Assembly (NCBI GenBank): GCA_951406725.2
Contig: OX597815.1
Span: forward strand, 128,650,001 to 128,714,000
Source: Octopus vulgaris
Lineage: Eukaryota
DNA: 64,000 nt
Direction: 5' to 3'
The notes beneath the pieces are model-generated. The model saw nothing but the letters and a program-made list of their open reading frames with translations. It had not been told where the DNA came from and ran no database searches. A program made the position numbers and the translations under genes. Shown in pieces: positions 11,952-25,679 of this stretch; within the stretch, counting starts at the first letter, position 1; every line of letters begins with the position of its first letter.

Positions 11952-12289
11952 ATTTATTGTTGACTGTTGCTGCAACAATTGGGACATAACTGTTTTAAGT
12001 CTGTTGCTTGAGAATTATTACACAGCCTACTTTCAAATAAGGTCACTTTGACTTAGTATTCTTCCAAGACAGACTGGTAGATAGATAGATAGATAGATAA
12101 ATAAATAGACAGACAGACAGAAATAGATAGGGAAGGGGAGAGAGAGGTGGGTCGGTGGGCTGGGGGGGGGGAGAAGTTTGTTTCTTCAATACATTAACTT
12201 CCACCATTTCAGTCAGTCACACTCACACATTCAGGTTGATTTACTGTATAATCAGTACTTTATACAACTTACACACACTTTATTATGTA

Positions 12290-12352
12290 CATATCTCCCT
12301 TTCTTTCACTGTCTATCATCACTCATCAACTCAGTCTGTTGCACTTGCCAAC

Positions 12353-12383
<31 letters not shown>

Positions 12384-12765
12384 CCCCTCACTCTCTTTCA
12401 TTTGTTCTTTCATTCTTTTCTCTCACTTTCCTCCTTGCTCTCTCTCTCTCTCTCTCGTTTCAGTCTTTCACTACCACTCTACACTTGTTCTTTCTCACTT
12501 TCTTTTTTTCTAATCTTTTATTACTCTCTCACTTGGTTTCTCTCTCTCTCTCTTCACTCACTCCTCCCTCACCATTCACCCTCTCTTTCTTTTCTCTCTA
12601 CTCTTACATATGCACTTCCACTCTCCACTTGTGCACTCCCACCCTCTCTGTCTCTCTACTTATGTACACACCTTTTCTCTTTATCTGTGTGCTTTGTATC
12701 TCTCTCTCTCTCTCTCTCTCTCAATAGCAAACAAGTCTCTCTGAAATACACATGCATGTTGCCAG

Positions 12766-12815
<50 letters not shown>
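12290..12815. repeat. Compound (TC)n-rich polypyrimidine tract followed by (CA)n
   Basis: Multiple (TC)n runs; this explains the S/L-rich ORFs at 12155-12833. Confidence 0.9.
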
Positions 12816-12818
<3 letters not shown>

Positions 12819-13064
12819 CCGTCTTTAAATTAAAGAGAATCACATTGGATAATGCAGTGTTTAATATGTAAAATGGGGATGGTCCTGCTAGGATGCATTT
12901 AATCATAGGTCAGCTTGATCAAGACTAACTTGGTGCTAGTCAAAAACATTTAAAGCAAAAACAGCAAAAATAACCATTGTCCTTTATCTATGTATGTTCG
13001 CATTTATACATACTTTTCCTATACCTTATTCCTTCTTTGTATATTACTCTCCACATGCTCGTAT

Positions 13065-13830
13065 TTTATTCTATTACTCGTTTCAGTTATTAGACTGTGG
13101 CCATGCTGGAGCACTGCTTGGAAGAGTTTTGTCGAATCAATGAATCCTGGTGCTTATTTTGGTGCTTGGTACTCATTCTATCAGTCTGTGTTTGCCAAAC
13201 TGTTAAGTCATGGGAAAATAAGTAAACTGACACTTGTTATCAAGTGATTGGGGAACAAACACAAAAATGCTTGGGCTTCTGCACGTGCATGCGCACACAT
13301 GATGGGCTTCTATCCAGTTTCCACCTACCAGATTCACTCGTAAGGTATTGGTCAGCCTAAGACTAAATTCAGAGACACACACCCAGGATCTGAATATAAA
13401 ACCATGTGGTTGCAAAGTGAATTTCTTAATCATACACACACACACACACACACATGCAAACACACACACTGGTGCAGGCATGGTGGTGTGGTAAGAAGTT
13501 AGCTTCCCAACCACGTGGTTTTGGGTTCAGTGGAACCTTGGGCAGATGTTTTCTACTATAGCCCCAGGCCAACCAAAAGCTTGTGAATGGATTTGGTAGA
13601 CTGAAACATTGTGTGTGTGTATGTCTGTCTTCATGTTTGTCTCCCACCACTGCTTGACAACCAGTGTTGGTTAATTTACATCCCTGTAACTTAGCAATTC
13701 AGCAAAGAGAGATTGACAGAATAAGTGCTGAGCTTAGTAAAATGAATTACTGGGTTAGGTTTGTGTGAATAAACCCTTCAAGGCGGTGCAGTGCCCCAGC
13801 ATTGCTGCAGTCTAATAACTGAAACGAGTA
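13065..13830. mobile_element. Head-to-head pair of family-A SINEs (- 13065-13432, + 13472-13830)
   Basis: Both copies match family A and are separated by a ~40-bp (CA)n tract. Confidence 0.85.
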
Positions 13831-14958
13831 ACAATCATTATCGTCATCAAATGCCACACACACACATGCATGCACATGTGTGTGTGTGTGTGCATGCGTG
13901 CAAAGGAGAAATAGAATGCCCCTGTGAGAGTGTAATTTTCAGTGAGTATAAAAGTAGTCGTCTCTCCAACTTCATCTGATTATTCTCTGTTTACGGGTAA
14001 CACTCAATAGAGACTGGAGCAGTATATCTGAAGATCTAAGCACATATCAGCAACCACAAACCATTAAGTAATATAGAGCTGAGTCAACTTATTAAATACT
14101 TACAATTCTAACTAAATATGCTGCGTGCCATTTTCTTCTGTTTGTTCACTCAGTTGTGTATGTGTGTGTAGCATCTACATACACTTGTGTTGTTGGATAC
14201 GCATGCATATTCATAGGTCATGTATATATGTATTTATGTTCCATTTTTGGTTTAATTTTTTTGTGTTTTATTTTGGTTTGGCACTTGTTCATCTGGCAAT
14301 TTTGTAAAGAAAAAGTTATAAAGAATGAAAAATGGCTGTCTTGATCTTTTCATCATCTTTTATGGTATCAATTGTCCTTTAAACCTTAAGGTCTTGTACA
14401 TTTTTTTTTATTGTCCTACGTCATCTATGAACATCTATAGCATATCAATCAATTATGGCACTAAATTCTTTCGCCAAAGACCCCAAGTTCAGTTACACTT
14501 TGATCTCAACAGATTTGTATACATTCTGTCATTCAAGTGATAAATGGACATAATTTAGTGAACTGGCATAATCATTAGTGTTGGATAATATGACACTCAA
14601 CATTCTGAGTTCAAATTCCATCAATGACCACTTAATTTTTCATTCTCAGGGCCAATGAAAAAGTACTATGAGGTGGTGGTGGTGGTACAGATGCCTTAAA
14701 GAATCATGGGCACTGCCTTCCTCCTAGAAAGGAAGTAAAATATCAGTTGCAAGATTTTGTAAAGAAATAAATATTTTTTTCTCTATGAGATATCTAATTT
14801 GATGTTTTCAAGATAATTCCAGCTTCGTTTTTAAACAGTTAAAAAATACTAATCTTCATTTTTTATATTCATTTAATTCAAACCATGGTATGTTTTGTAG
14901 TTGATATATTGTTTTCACACTACTACATGTCTGTGGTAGCTTTTACATACAACTCAAC

Positions 14959-15155
14959 TTTGATCATAAAAAAGCCAAGTCTCTTAGTAATGGGTGCTGC
15001 TCTAAATTGGATAGGATATAAACTGACAACTCATAACTTAACTGTCATAGCTATTTACATACAGCTAGGTAGATTTTGGTCATAAAACAGTTGGGTCTCT
15101 TAGTGGTGGTTGCTGCTCTAAATCGGGCAGTATATGAACTGACATCTGCTTAACT
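14959..15155. repeat. Diverged tandem duplication, period ~117 bp
   Basis: tcataaaa..gtctcttagt..tgctgctctaaat..aactgaca..cttaact occurs twice. Confidence 0.8.
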
Positions 15156-16430
15156 AAAACTATCCATTTCTTCTCTTTGTAAAGAACAGAGGTTTATTTT
15201 GAAGTGATCTGTTACAAGATGTGTTACTTTGATTATATTTTAATGAACCACATCTCCAAACTATTCCAAGTTGACTGAAAGTGTTACCTCATGAAATTTA
15301 AATGTTTTCTGAATATTTTATTCCATTTCACTTGCCATTTAGGACCTGGTTATATTCAGCAAGCCTGTTTCGATTAGTCTACTAATAATAAATATTGATT
15401 TATATTATAGACTGCTGCGGTGCGCACAAGGAAATTTGGTGCTAAATTCATTTATGTCACCTTAATTAAGTTTGTCAGAAGTTATTGTTCCGTTAGACAG
15501 AGATGATGTTCTTAGTTGTAAATTATTTCACATTTCTAAAATTGATAGATTGTAGGATGCGAAATAGAATTTGGGAGTTAAATTTTTCAACTTAATTTCT
15601 TATGACAATGCTTTTCAGGGTGAATATGAAGTGGACAAAAATATATTTTAAAAAATGAAATGCTTTTGTATATGAGCGTATGCAAATAACACAAAGTATA
15701 CATTTGTTTTCCTTTCATACAGCGTGGGCTCCACATGCATGTAAATGCATATATATATATATATATATATATATGAATGTATTTCTTGTCTGAGTGTATG
15801 TATATGTGTGTGTATAGTGAACATAGTTATTGCATAGCTCCCTGTACCCCCCTCCCCTACCATTTTACACTACTTTTAATAATCAGGAAGCTGTGAAATC
15901 AATTAAGTTGTTGTAAATAAATCTCCTTGATAAAGGACCCAAGGTGCATTTTCAACAGGGATTCGGTGTGCCTATTCTAAAACTAGGAGACACAGATAAT
16001 TTGACCTCAGGGCTGCATATTAATGTATAGTACTGAGCTCAGATCATCTGTCAGGTGGTCATATTTGCCTGGCTGACTTGCTTTAGATGCTTTACATCAT
16101 GGGGATAGTGTTGCTTCAATGGTCTGGTAATTTAAGAACCATATATATCTATTCATGTTTGACCATATATGATCTCAGGCAGGTTGGTATTTTTAGGGCT
16201 TAATAATTTTAAAAGTTATCAAGTCAGGCATTTAAAAAGAATTGTTTATCAGAAAATATTGAATTTCTCTAAGTAAATAAGTAACTTTATTTAATTTTTA
16301 GAAAACTTTGTTCCTTGCACTAATATTGATGGAAATATATCTTTGGTGAGAAATTTTGCTAAGTTAATCCCTGCCAAAATAATAAATTTCGTATTAACCA
16401 AATTTTACTTTTAATACTACTAATACTTGT

Positions 16431-16715
16431 AAGGTGGTGAGTGGGAAGAACTGTTAGCATGCTAGGCAAAATATTTAGCAGCATTTTGTCTGTCTTTATG
16501 TTGTGAGTTCAAATTCCACTGAGGTCAACTTTGCTTTTCATCCTTTCAGGGTTGATAAAAAGTACCAGTCAAGTACTGGGGTTGATATAAATGATTTACT
16601 CACTCCTCGAAACTTGCTAGCTTTTTACCAAAATTTGAAACCAATATTACTAATACTAGATAAGGCAGCAAGCTGGCAGAATTGTTAGCACATTGGGCAA
16701 AATGCTTAGTGGTAT
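16431..16715 (+). mobile_element. Family-B SINE followed by a second truncated head
   Basis: Family-B core gaggtcaactttgcttttcatcctttcagggttgataaaaagtacc. Confidence 0.85.
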
Positions 16716-19259
16716 TAAATTAAAATGTTTAAATTAAAATTCCAATAAAAGTCTCATGACATGAATGGTACTGTGGAGTTTTAAGTTGGTCACCACCAAA
16801 ATAATTTGCTGGTTTATAAAATTACTGATATTTCATTAAGCCTCTCCAAAATCATTATATTAAAACTTGATAGAAAATACATAGGTAGGCTACTCATTAG
16901 AAACATAGTCATGAAAGAGTTGTGAAAGCATCTGGTTTAGTAGTTAGGGTGTTGGGCACATGGTCATTAGGTTATGAGTTCAATTCCTCACTGGAGACTA
17001 CATTTATTTTATGTTACTCCAGTCTACTCAACTGGAAAGGAGTACCATTTGAATAATGGTGCTGCTGTTTGACCCTCTAAATGTCACATTCTTAAAGTAC
17101 TGTTGAGTTAAAGGTGGGAAAGCCGAGAAGGTGTTCGCTCATGACTACATAGGTGCCTAAAACAATCAGTAAAAGCATGATACATGCTCCCAGGTCAGAG
17201 GTGTTCATGCTTGAAGATTGTAGGCAGGAGCATTCTGCAAAGTTAGTAAATTTATTTGGCAAAAGAACCGAAAGGTCTGGATGAAATCTTTATGAGGCAG
17301 CTTCCAGACCATTTGATGTATGGAGGCAGAATTTGCATTCCTAATGGTCATCATGCAGGCATTGCTATGGTGGATGGATGCTCCTGAAAAAAAAAACCTT
17401 TCTAAATTTTCACTAAAAACATTACTATATACTCACTTCTGTCTTTCCCAATATTCTCTCTCTCTCTATCTCACTATATATATATAGGTAGATAGATAGA
17501 TAGTATATACTAGTTTCTCTCTCTCCTCGTTCTCTACCTTTTTTATATGCACACTCTTCATTTCAATTATAAAACTGTAGACTTTGAAGATGAATTCCTG
17601 AAATATTAACCCAACTAATCTAAACTCTATTTTATGTATGTTGCATTAACTCTGAATTTAGTCCTTCCTTTCACTTGGGCTTTATAATAAAAATATTATC
17701 TAAAAATGCTGAAAGTTAAATGCTTGCAATTAATGAACATTGGCGTGTGTCGGGGGTGTTGGCTGATGTATGCAAAACAAATGAATAGTATCAATAGGGA
17801 TGTAACTTAAGTGGACAATACGGTTTAGTGAGCTGATCTTGCAGTCTAAATGGGGGAGACTTTTGGGGTCAGTTGGTGAAATCTTATCTAGGTATTGTGT
17901 CAGATGGGAGGGAAGACTGAGATTTGAGGATAATTGTTGTATTGTACACAGTTCCACATCATAGCAGAATGGTAAAAGAGAATGATGAAGATCTGAAAGA
18001 AGATGATGCTGACACCAGCAATGGTGATTGGGCTGTTGAAATCAATAAGGACATGACATTGATTATGACTGATAGATTTGATGACATAATAATAATAATA
18101 ATAATAATAATAAGGTAGTGACAGCAACAATGATGATGTAAACAATACTGACTACTACAACAACAACAATAATGTTGATGAAAAGTATAAGTTGATGATA
18201 ATGATAATGGTGCTGTATATGATAATGATGTTTGAGAAATAATTGAATTATGAAAACTTGAAAATTTGAGTGGCATGCATGCGTGCATGCACTTGCTCAT
18301 TCATATATACATGTGAAAATGGTGTTCGGAAGATAAATGAATTATTTAAATGTGTAAAATGTTGAGCAACGCAGACACATGTACACGCATGTTTATGCAC
18401 ATGCACACAGTCACGCATTCTGTCATTCACACACACATACATATTGTGACACATACACAATAACACATTGTCATGCACACACATACACAATCACACATTG
18501 TCACACACACATACACATATTTTTGACAGCAAAACAACAACAACAGCAGCCAAAACTTTGATAATCATGGATATTTTGAAAGATAACTAAATTATTACGA
18601 AACATTGTAAAATATGAGCTACATGCAAATTATTAACGAACAACAACAAATTTAAAGAGCCTTTAAAAAAGAGATTCTTTTTTAAAAATACCATCACATA
18701 CACACTTACACACACACTCACAAACAAAAAAAAAGATGAAATAGAATAAAAATCCTAACTATATTTTCTCTAAACATCTCCAGCTGAATTATTATTTGCT
18801 ATTCTTCTAAAAGAAGATTGAAACTAATTTATTTCATTTACCCTTTTTTACCTCTTCTTCCTCTTCTCATATCTCTTTCTCTATCACTTTCCCCCTCTTA
18901 CTTTCTGTCTTTAGCATCTTGTAGTTATTCCGCTAGATGCTGGAAAGGAGATTATCTAAAGAGAACTAGAGATTACTTGCAGCAGAAACAATATTGATGG
19001 TCAGTGAACAAAGGATAAGGAAATATAGTCTGTCTATTGATTATTGTTTTTACCTCTCCATCCCCTTCTTCCCTCCACTCCCTCTCTCTTCCTCCATCCT
19101 CTTACTCTTCCTTCTCCTCCTCCTGGACTTTGAAGTTATTGCAATAGTAGAGTAGAAGAAATAGGAAAAAGTGCTTTTGATGATTTTGATGTCGTCTTCT
19201 ACTTTCTTATTTGAGTATTGATAAAACAGACAGACTTACAGATAAAGAATTATAGATAG

Positions 19260-19830
19260 ACACGCATACACACAGATGTGCACATACATATACACAGATG
19301 TGCACACACATATGCATGGATGTGCACATACAGATGTGCATACACAGAAACATGTGCACAAATATACATGAAGGTGCACATAGAGACACTCACACACTAC
19401 ATTCAGGCAATATCATGCACACATTAATTCTGATGCAACACACTTTTAAAAACATATTCACATATTTGCATGTCCACACATTCACACACACATATATATG
19501 CACACATTTTTGCATACATGCACAAACACTTGCACATATTTGCAGACATGCACAATTGCACACACCTAAACAATTTCAGAAACTCTTGTGCATACATGTA
19601 CCTACATGCACAATTAAATAAACACTTCTGCATACATGCACTAGTGCATTTGCACACATGCATGCACAATTGAACAAACACTTCTGCATGTGTATACATG
19701 TTAAGAATTGCAGAAACACCTCTGTAAATATGCACATATGTGCACCTCTGCAGTAACTTGCATCCATGTGCACACAATACAGCATACACACACAGCACAT
19801 GCACTCACACAAACACACACACATACATAT
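19260..19830. repeat. Degenerate purine-pyrimidine-alternating minisatellite
   Basis: Recurrent catgcacaatt..aaacacttctgca units within a CA/TG/TA mosaic. Confidence 0.8.
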
Positions 19831-20283
19831 ACTTACTTTGGTGGTAACCATAAAAGATTTTCAAGAATTTTTTGTCTCAGTTTTGGTTGTTAAACATTTT
19901 GAAATTATTACTTGGACTTCTGTGCAATCTTTATATTGGAACCCCTGTGGCAATTTTAGCATTACCTTATTAAAAAGTTAGTGTTTCACTTTGGATGATA
20001 GTCTTTGAAATCTCCAATTGTATTCAACTGAATACAACAACAAAAAATGAAAAATTACAAAAAAAAAAGAGAGAAAGAAAAGGAAAAGCGATAAACTTCG
20101 CAATTAAACTAATTGCTTTAGAATACCAGAAGTAGCAGAATTTCAAACTGTTGAAACTTTCGTCTTCAAATGATACCAATTTCTTTAATTACATTTATAT
20201 AGTTACTGTTGTTGCATATTGTATGTAGTATACTTGTCCTGAGGTGCAATCTGAAAGAAAATTACTTATTTGTATCATTTCAG

Positions 20284-20355
20284 CAGACAGTCCGGTAATA
20301 AGAGATAGCTGTGATAGACGGGAAACTGTCTTGGAGAATCACAGACAGTTCAACG
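20284..20355 (+). CDS. Candidate 72-nt internal coding exon (phase 1-1) of an unidentified gene: xDSPVIRDSCDRRETVLENHRQFN
   Basis: Acceptor tttgtatcatttcag and consensus donor CG|GTAAGT. Length is a multiple of 3, the phase-1 frame is open, the CpG/GC content is above the flanks, and it lies in non-repetitive sequence. No homolog recognised. Confidence 0.5.
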
Positions 20356-21104
20356 GTAAGTAATTCTTTTAGAATAACATCATATTGGGAGACTGGAAAA
20401 CTTGACCTTCATTTTTTTAATTTATTTATTTTCAAGAAGAAAATCTCTTCTTGAAGAGAGAAGAACCAATGATAAATACCTGTCCGAAAGTTTTACTCTA
20501 TAATCCGGATATGAGTGGTTTAAATGGTAGTGAAGGCTTAATCATCTTGCTGTGTGTTGTTATGCACATCTACTTTACCTTTCATATTTGCAGGGGTCAA
20601 TAAAAATAAGTACCAATAAATACTTGGGAGATCAGTTAAAATGATTATACTTTCAACAAAAATTTATAGCCTTCTGACACTTACAAAACATTATTATACT
20701 CTTGTTAAGCAATGAGTATTGGCTCTGTTGTAGAAACAACACAGCATCAGTGACTTGGGAGGGCTTGTTGATCTGTTTGGTTAGTTCTTTAGCCAATTTT
20801 ATTGATTCCTATTTTTTTGGTGTCAACCATTTCGATTCAGCTTTACCGTTAATGCTCTTTATAAAAATATGAACATAACTAACATCCATAATGTATATGA
20901 GAAACTGATATTATCTTTGCAAGAAGTGAAATGGATTGGCAGAGAACTGGGCCTTGTAGTATATTGTTCTATCTCTTAAAATCTCAGCAGGATTGACATT
21001 GTACTTTGGTTCATGGGTATCAGATATATCCAGTCATGTGCTAGAGGTTAGTTCTGCCAACTATATACTCCTGCCCTAAGAGCACATCCAAATTGTATTT
21101 CATT

Positions 21105-21345
21105 ACCATCATTAGTTTAATGTCCACTTTTCTTCCATGCTTGCATAGGTTGCATGGAATTTTGTTTGGGCAGTTTTTCTACAGATGGATACCCTTTTTG
21201 TCATCAACCTTCACCTGTTTACAGGTAAGGTATTATTTCCCCATGACCAGATGTTTTCATGGAAGACCGAAAATGAAGAACACCACTTGCATGACAGTGA
21301 CTCTCAGTTACAGCTATCACACAATGTCAAGACAAGGTGACAGTA
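21105..21345 (-). mobile_element. 3' half of a family-A' SINE (RTE-type tail)
   Basis: Reverse complement of 36700-36915; related pieces at 22235-22350 and 47085-47300. Confidence 0.7.
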
Positions 21346-22499
21346 ACACACTCTCACACAAAACAGGTTTCTTTCGTAAAATGAGAAGACACTGAACATT
21401 TTTCTTCATTGTGATTGTTAACCATTATTTTTATACACAGTCATGGGTTGCATTATTTTTAACTGTGGCAACATCCTCAGCTCTATATCCTTTATATTAC
21501 TGACCACATACTTGTAAAGTAGGAGTCGAACTTATTTGTCAGTCAGGCAGACTATGGCAAGTAGAGCTATGTGACAGGCATAGCATTAAAGTTTCACCTC
21601 ATGACTCATGAACTCATGGTCATTCACCCTGTACTTTAATCTCGCAGTTTTTTTTTATGTCTCATTTATTTTCAAGAAAAGATAAAAAAAAAAGGTAGTG
21701 CTTGTCAAAAATATATTAGTTTATATCAAAAGAAATGATCTTTGTGCCCAGTCTGTCTCTTTGTCTCTGGTGTTTTGCCTAGATTGCTATAATCTGTCTT
21801 AATTATGTTTCAGTAAAGGGCCTGTAAGAATTGATCTTTGCTAGAGAGATCTTTTATGGATATTTCTTCTTGGATACTGTTGTTGAGATCAAAAATTGTT
21901 GCTGTTGTTGTTGTTGTCATTAAAAGAGACGTTGTCTCTGATGTTTCACTGATTGAACATTTAGAATTTTGTATCTATTTTACCAGACATGAATTACTCT
22001 TTTATGCCTCTACATTATTTTCACAGATAGCGTTTATTATCTTGGCTGAATTATTAGAGCGTAGGAATAATCACTTATAGTTTTTAGTTATGGCCCTTTA
22101 CATTCAGAGTTCAAATCTTGGCAGGATCAACTTTGCTTGTCATCCTTCCAGGGTCAATAAATTAAAGTACTTGTCGAATATGGAGGAGAATATAATCCGC
22201 TGTTCCCTCACTGGAAGTTCTGATTGTGTCTCATCATAATCATCACTTAATTTCACTTTTCCATGTTTGCATTGGTTTGATGAAATTTTGTTGAAGCTGG
22301 TTTTCTACAGCTGGGTGTTCTTCCTGATGTCAACCTTCACCTGTTTTCAAAAACACACACAGACATCATTATCATCATCATCATCATTTAATATCTGTTT
22401 TCCATACTGGCATGGGTTGGACATATATACATATATGTGGCAAGTAACTGAGACTTCTGACAATTTGCTGTGCTTAAGATGTCTCATCATGCTAAGTGA

Positions 22500-23310
22500 A
22501 ACTGTGGTCATGGCCAGTGCCTGTGACCTGTAAAAGGTACCTGTGTTGGTACCACATAAAAGACACCCAGCACACTCCAAAGGGGTCAGCATTAGGAAGG
22601 GCATCCAGTTGTAGAAACCAAGCCAGAACAGATGACTGGAGACTAGTGCAGTTCTCTGGTTTGCCAGCTACATTCAAACTGTCTAACCCATGCCAGCATA
22701 GGTGAGACGGTTTGATGTTAAATGATGATGATCTACTTATACACACACCCACAACAGGTTTCTTTCAGTTTTCATCTCTAAAATTCATTCATAAGACATT
22801 GAGTGGCCCAAGTCTATAATAGAAGACACTTGCCCAAAGTATCACAGTGAGATTGAACCTAGAAGCATGTGGCTGAGAAGCAAACTTCTTACCACACAGC
22901 CATGCAAACTTCTTAACCACATACCCATATCTGCACCATTTTGTTTTTATCATATTTCATGGAAATTTTGCTGTTTCTCATTTATCACAAACAGGTTGTT
23001 GTCAGTGCCGCTGGACTGGCTCCTGTGCAGGTGGCATGTAAAAAACACCATATGAACCAGTACCGCCTGACTGGCCCTCATGCTGGTGGTACGTAAAAAC
23101 ACCCGCTACACTCTTGGAGTGATCTGCATTAGGAAGGGCATCCAGCTGTAGAAACTCTGCCAGATCAGATTGGAAGGGTATCCAGCTGTAGAAACTATGC
23201 CAGATCAGATTGGAGCCTGGTGCATCCATCTGGTTCACCAGTCCTCACTCAAACCGTCCAACCCATGCCAGCATGGAAAGCAGACATTAAATGATGATGA
23301 TGATGATGAT
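22500..23310. mobile_element. Cluster of two RTE-tail (family C) elements (+) flanking a family-A head (-)
   Basis: aggaagggcatccag...aacccatgccagcat..(gat)n at 22500-22732 and 23000-23310. The second copy carries a 40-bp tandem duplication (23132-23211). Confidence 0.85.
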
Positions 23311-23438
23311 TTAAATGGGTTTTTTTTTTTTTACTGCTGATATCTGGTTTACTTTAATAATTTGGACATTATTTAATCGTGTCCTGATTCATCATCCTGA
23401 TTGTTTCTTTTGAAAAGTTGATTGACTCAGGGCTAGGA

Positions 23439-23660
23439 TTAATCTTTTTTTGTCACCATATTTCTTTGAACTACACCATTTTTGCTTCAATTAATTTTTA
23501 AAATAATGAAGAATTTAGTAAAATGCTTGTTATGCTGGTGTTTGGAATAAATATACATAAAATATTGAAGGAATATTTTAATTTAGGTCACTTTAAAACA
23601 GTAAGTTTATGTTGCAGAACCAGAAGCAGCCTTGGGTAGGTTGGTATCAAAAAAGTGAAT
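23439..23660 (+). mobile_element. piggyBac-like (TTAA-ended) MITE, ~220 bp, decayed
   Basis: Ends ttaatcttttt..tcacc and ggtatcaaaaaagtgaa. Homologous copies at 29557-29778 (-, ends caaaagggctaa) and 60065-60187 (partial). Confidence 0.6.
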
Positions 23661-25679
23661 ATGGAGATATGAAAAAAAAAAAAACCTTAATTTAAAGAAA
23701 ATAAAAGTCTAAAACTAATACGTATTCATGTTCTCAATGAAATTATGTTGGTCTGGAAGTCCATTTAAGTTTGCTCCCAGAATGTATGAGCTTATGCCTA
23801 TATAAGACAAAGATTATTATAATTTTGTTAATGATATTGTGCTCTCACACAGTTTACAAAATAACTGGTGAGCAAGAACCAGTGAGTGATGGCAGTGATG
23901 GACACAGACAGCATCAGTTGACTTGGTATGAACTGTCAACCTTTCAGTCAGTTTTCCATCTGATCTTATCGATTCAGTTTGCTGTAACTGACTCTTTGGT
24001 TTTATATATTTTTATTTGTTAAAGGACATTAAATGAAATTCTTTTTTAGTAAAGTCTACATAAATAGAACTGCAACATTATTTTAATGTGATAAAAAACA
24101 AAACAAAAAGAAAACCGATTCCACATCCCCCCCCCCCCCCATCAAAGTCATCACCTATTCCCACCATTGTCACAATTCTAATTGTGTATTGATTTCAATT
24201 CCTTTTTATGAGTGTAGAAAATTATTATCTTCACCTTTCATCTAACTTATTGTATTTAGTATGCACAATACCCTCCTGTTCTGTCTGTTTCTACACGGCT
24301 AACTAGCTGATTGAATTGGTCTGATGGCTTTCTGGTTTTTTTCTTCCTTTATTTTAATTTTTATTTTATTTTATTTTTCTATTTTGTCTGATCGTTCATA
24401 GTTTTCTTGCTCTACTAAGGATGGGTTAATTTATTTCTCATCATTAAAAATTTTTCACTCTTACCTTATACCAAATTTTTTTTTCCAGTTTTTGTTTCGA
24501 CTATCTGTTTGTTTTTTAATGTTTTTATTATAAGATGTATTGTGTATGTTTGTTTATTAATGACTGTTTGATTTGTATACCAAATAGTCATTAAATAATA
24601 GCTTTTGATATGTGGCTGTATAGCAAGTTAGAAATGACTACAATAATACTGTCGCTTGGTTATTTAATTTTATGTATCTATCTATCTGCCTATCTGTTTG
24701 TTTATTACTACTACAGCAAAATTGTCTATGAAATGACACAGTCAACTTCAGTTGATGAAGCAAAAGTAACAAAACAATAAAGTATTTCTGTGAAAATAAA
24801 TACTTGTAATGACGTTCTTAATTAGAGCTGTTGGGATGGAGAGGTATGGTGTGTAGGGTAGGGGAAAATGAGGTTCTTTATTACAGTAATTATTCTTATC
24901 ATTTGATTAAATTGAAACTGAACCATAGAATCCAATCAGGACTTTAGTTCCTCACACTATCACTAACTCATCATTGCTATGCTATGACTGTTATGATGTG
25001 GAGGAAAAAGATGATAGCAATAAAAATAATAATAATGATTTGCAATTTAGACACAAGGCCATCATTTTTAAGGGGAGGTTATTAGTCAATGCATTCAACT
25101 TCAGTGCTTAGTTTTATCTTATCGATCTCAATGCATCACTGATACTTAATTTACCTTGAAAGGATCAAAGGCAACGTTGGCTCTGCCAAGATTTGAACTC
25201 TGTACATAAAGGGTTAGAACAGGTGTTGGAAGGTATTTTGTCTGCTACTCTAATGAATCTGCCAATATCTATCATTCTAATAATAATTATTATTTCTGAT
25301 ACTGAACAGGGCTGAAAATTTGTAGAAGAGGGATTTATTTAAGTGCCTGTTCTTCAGCATATCACTACTATTTATTTCATCTCCTGGTGAGAAGAAAGCC
25401 AAGCTAAGTTACCTACTGTTTCCAAGAAGAATTTGAACTCAAAATATAGAGGAGTAAAACTAAATACTGTAAAACCTCTAGCCTAGTGCTCTTTCTGTCA
25501 CTCTATCATCTTTTATATATATATATATATTTATAACAATAATTAAGGGTTTAGCAACAAGTTGCTTCACCACATACTGTAAATTTAGAAATAGCAGCCA
25601 AAAGACTGTTATTTCTTTTCACTACAAAATATGACTCTTCAGATAACACCCAAAAGACATATATATATTTTTTTTTTCT

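Noticed and set aside
12155-12833. Long ORFs of 111-190 aa
   Set aside because: These are (TC)n low-complexity artefacts.
18915-19000. Exon candidate after a long pyrimidine tract
   Set aside because: Every acceptor/frame combination tried hits a stop before the donor.
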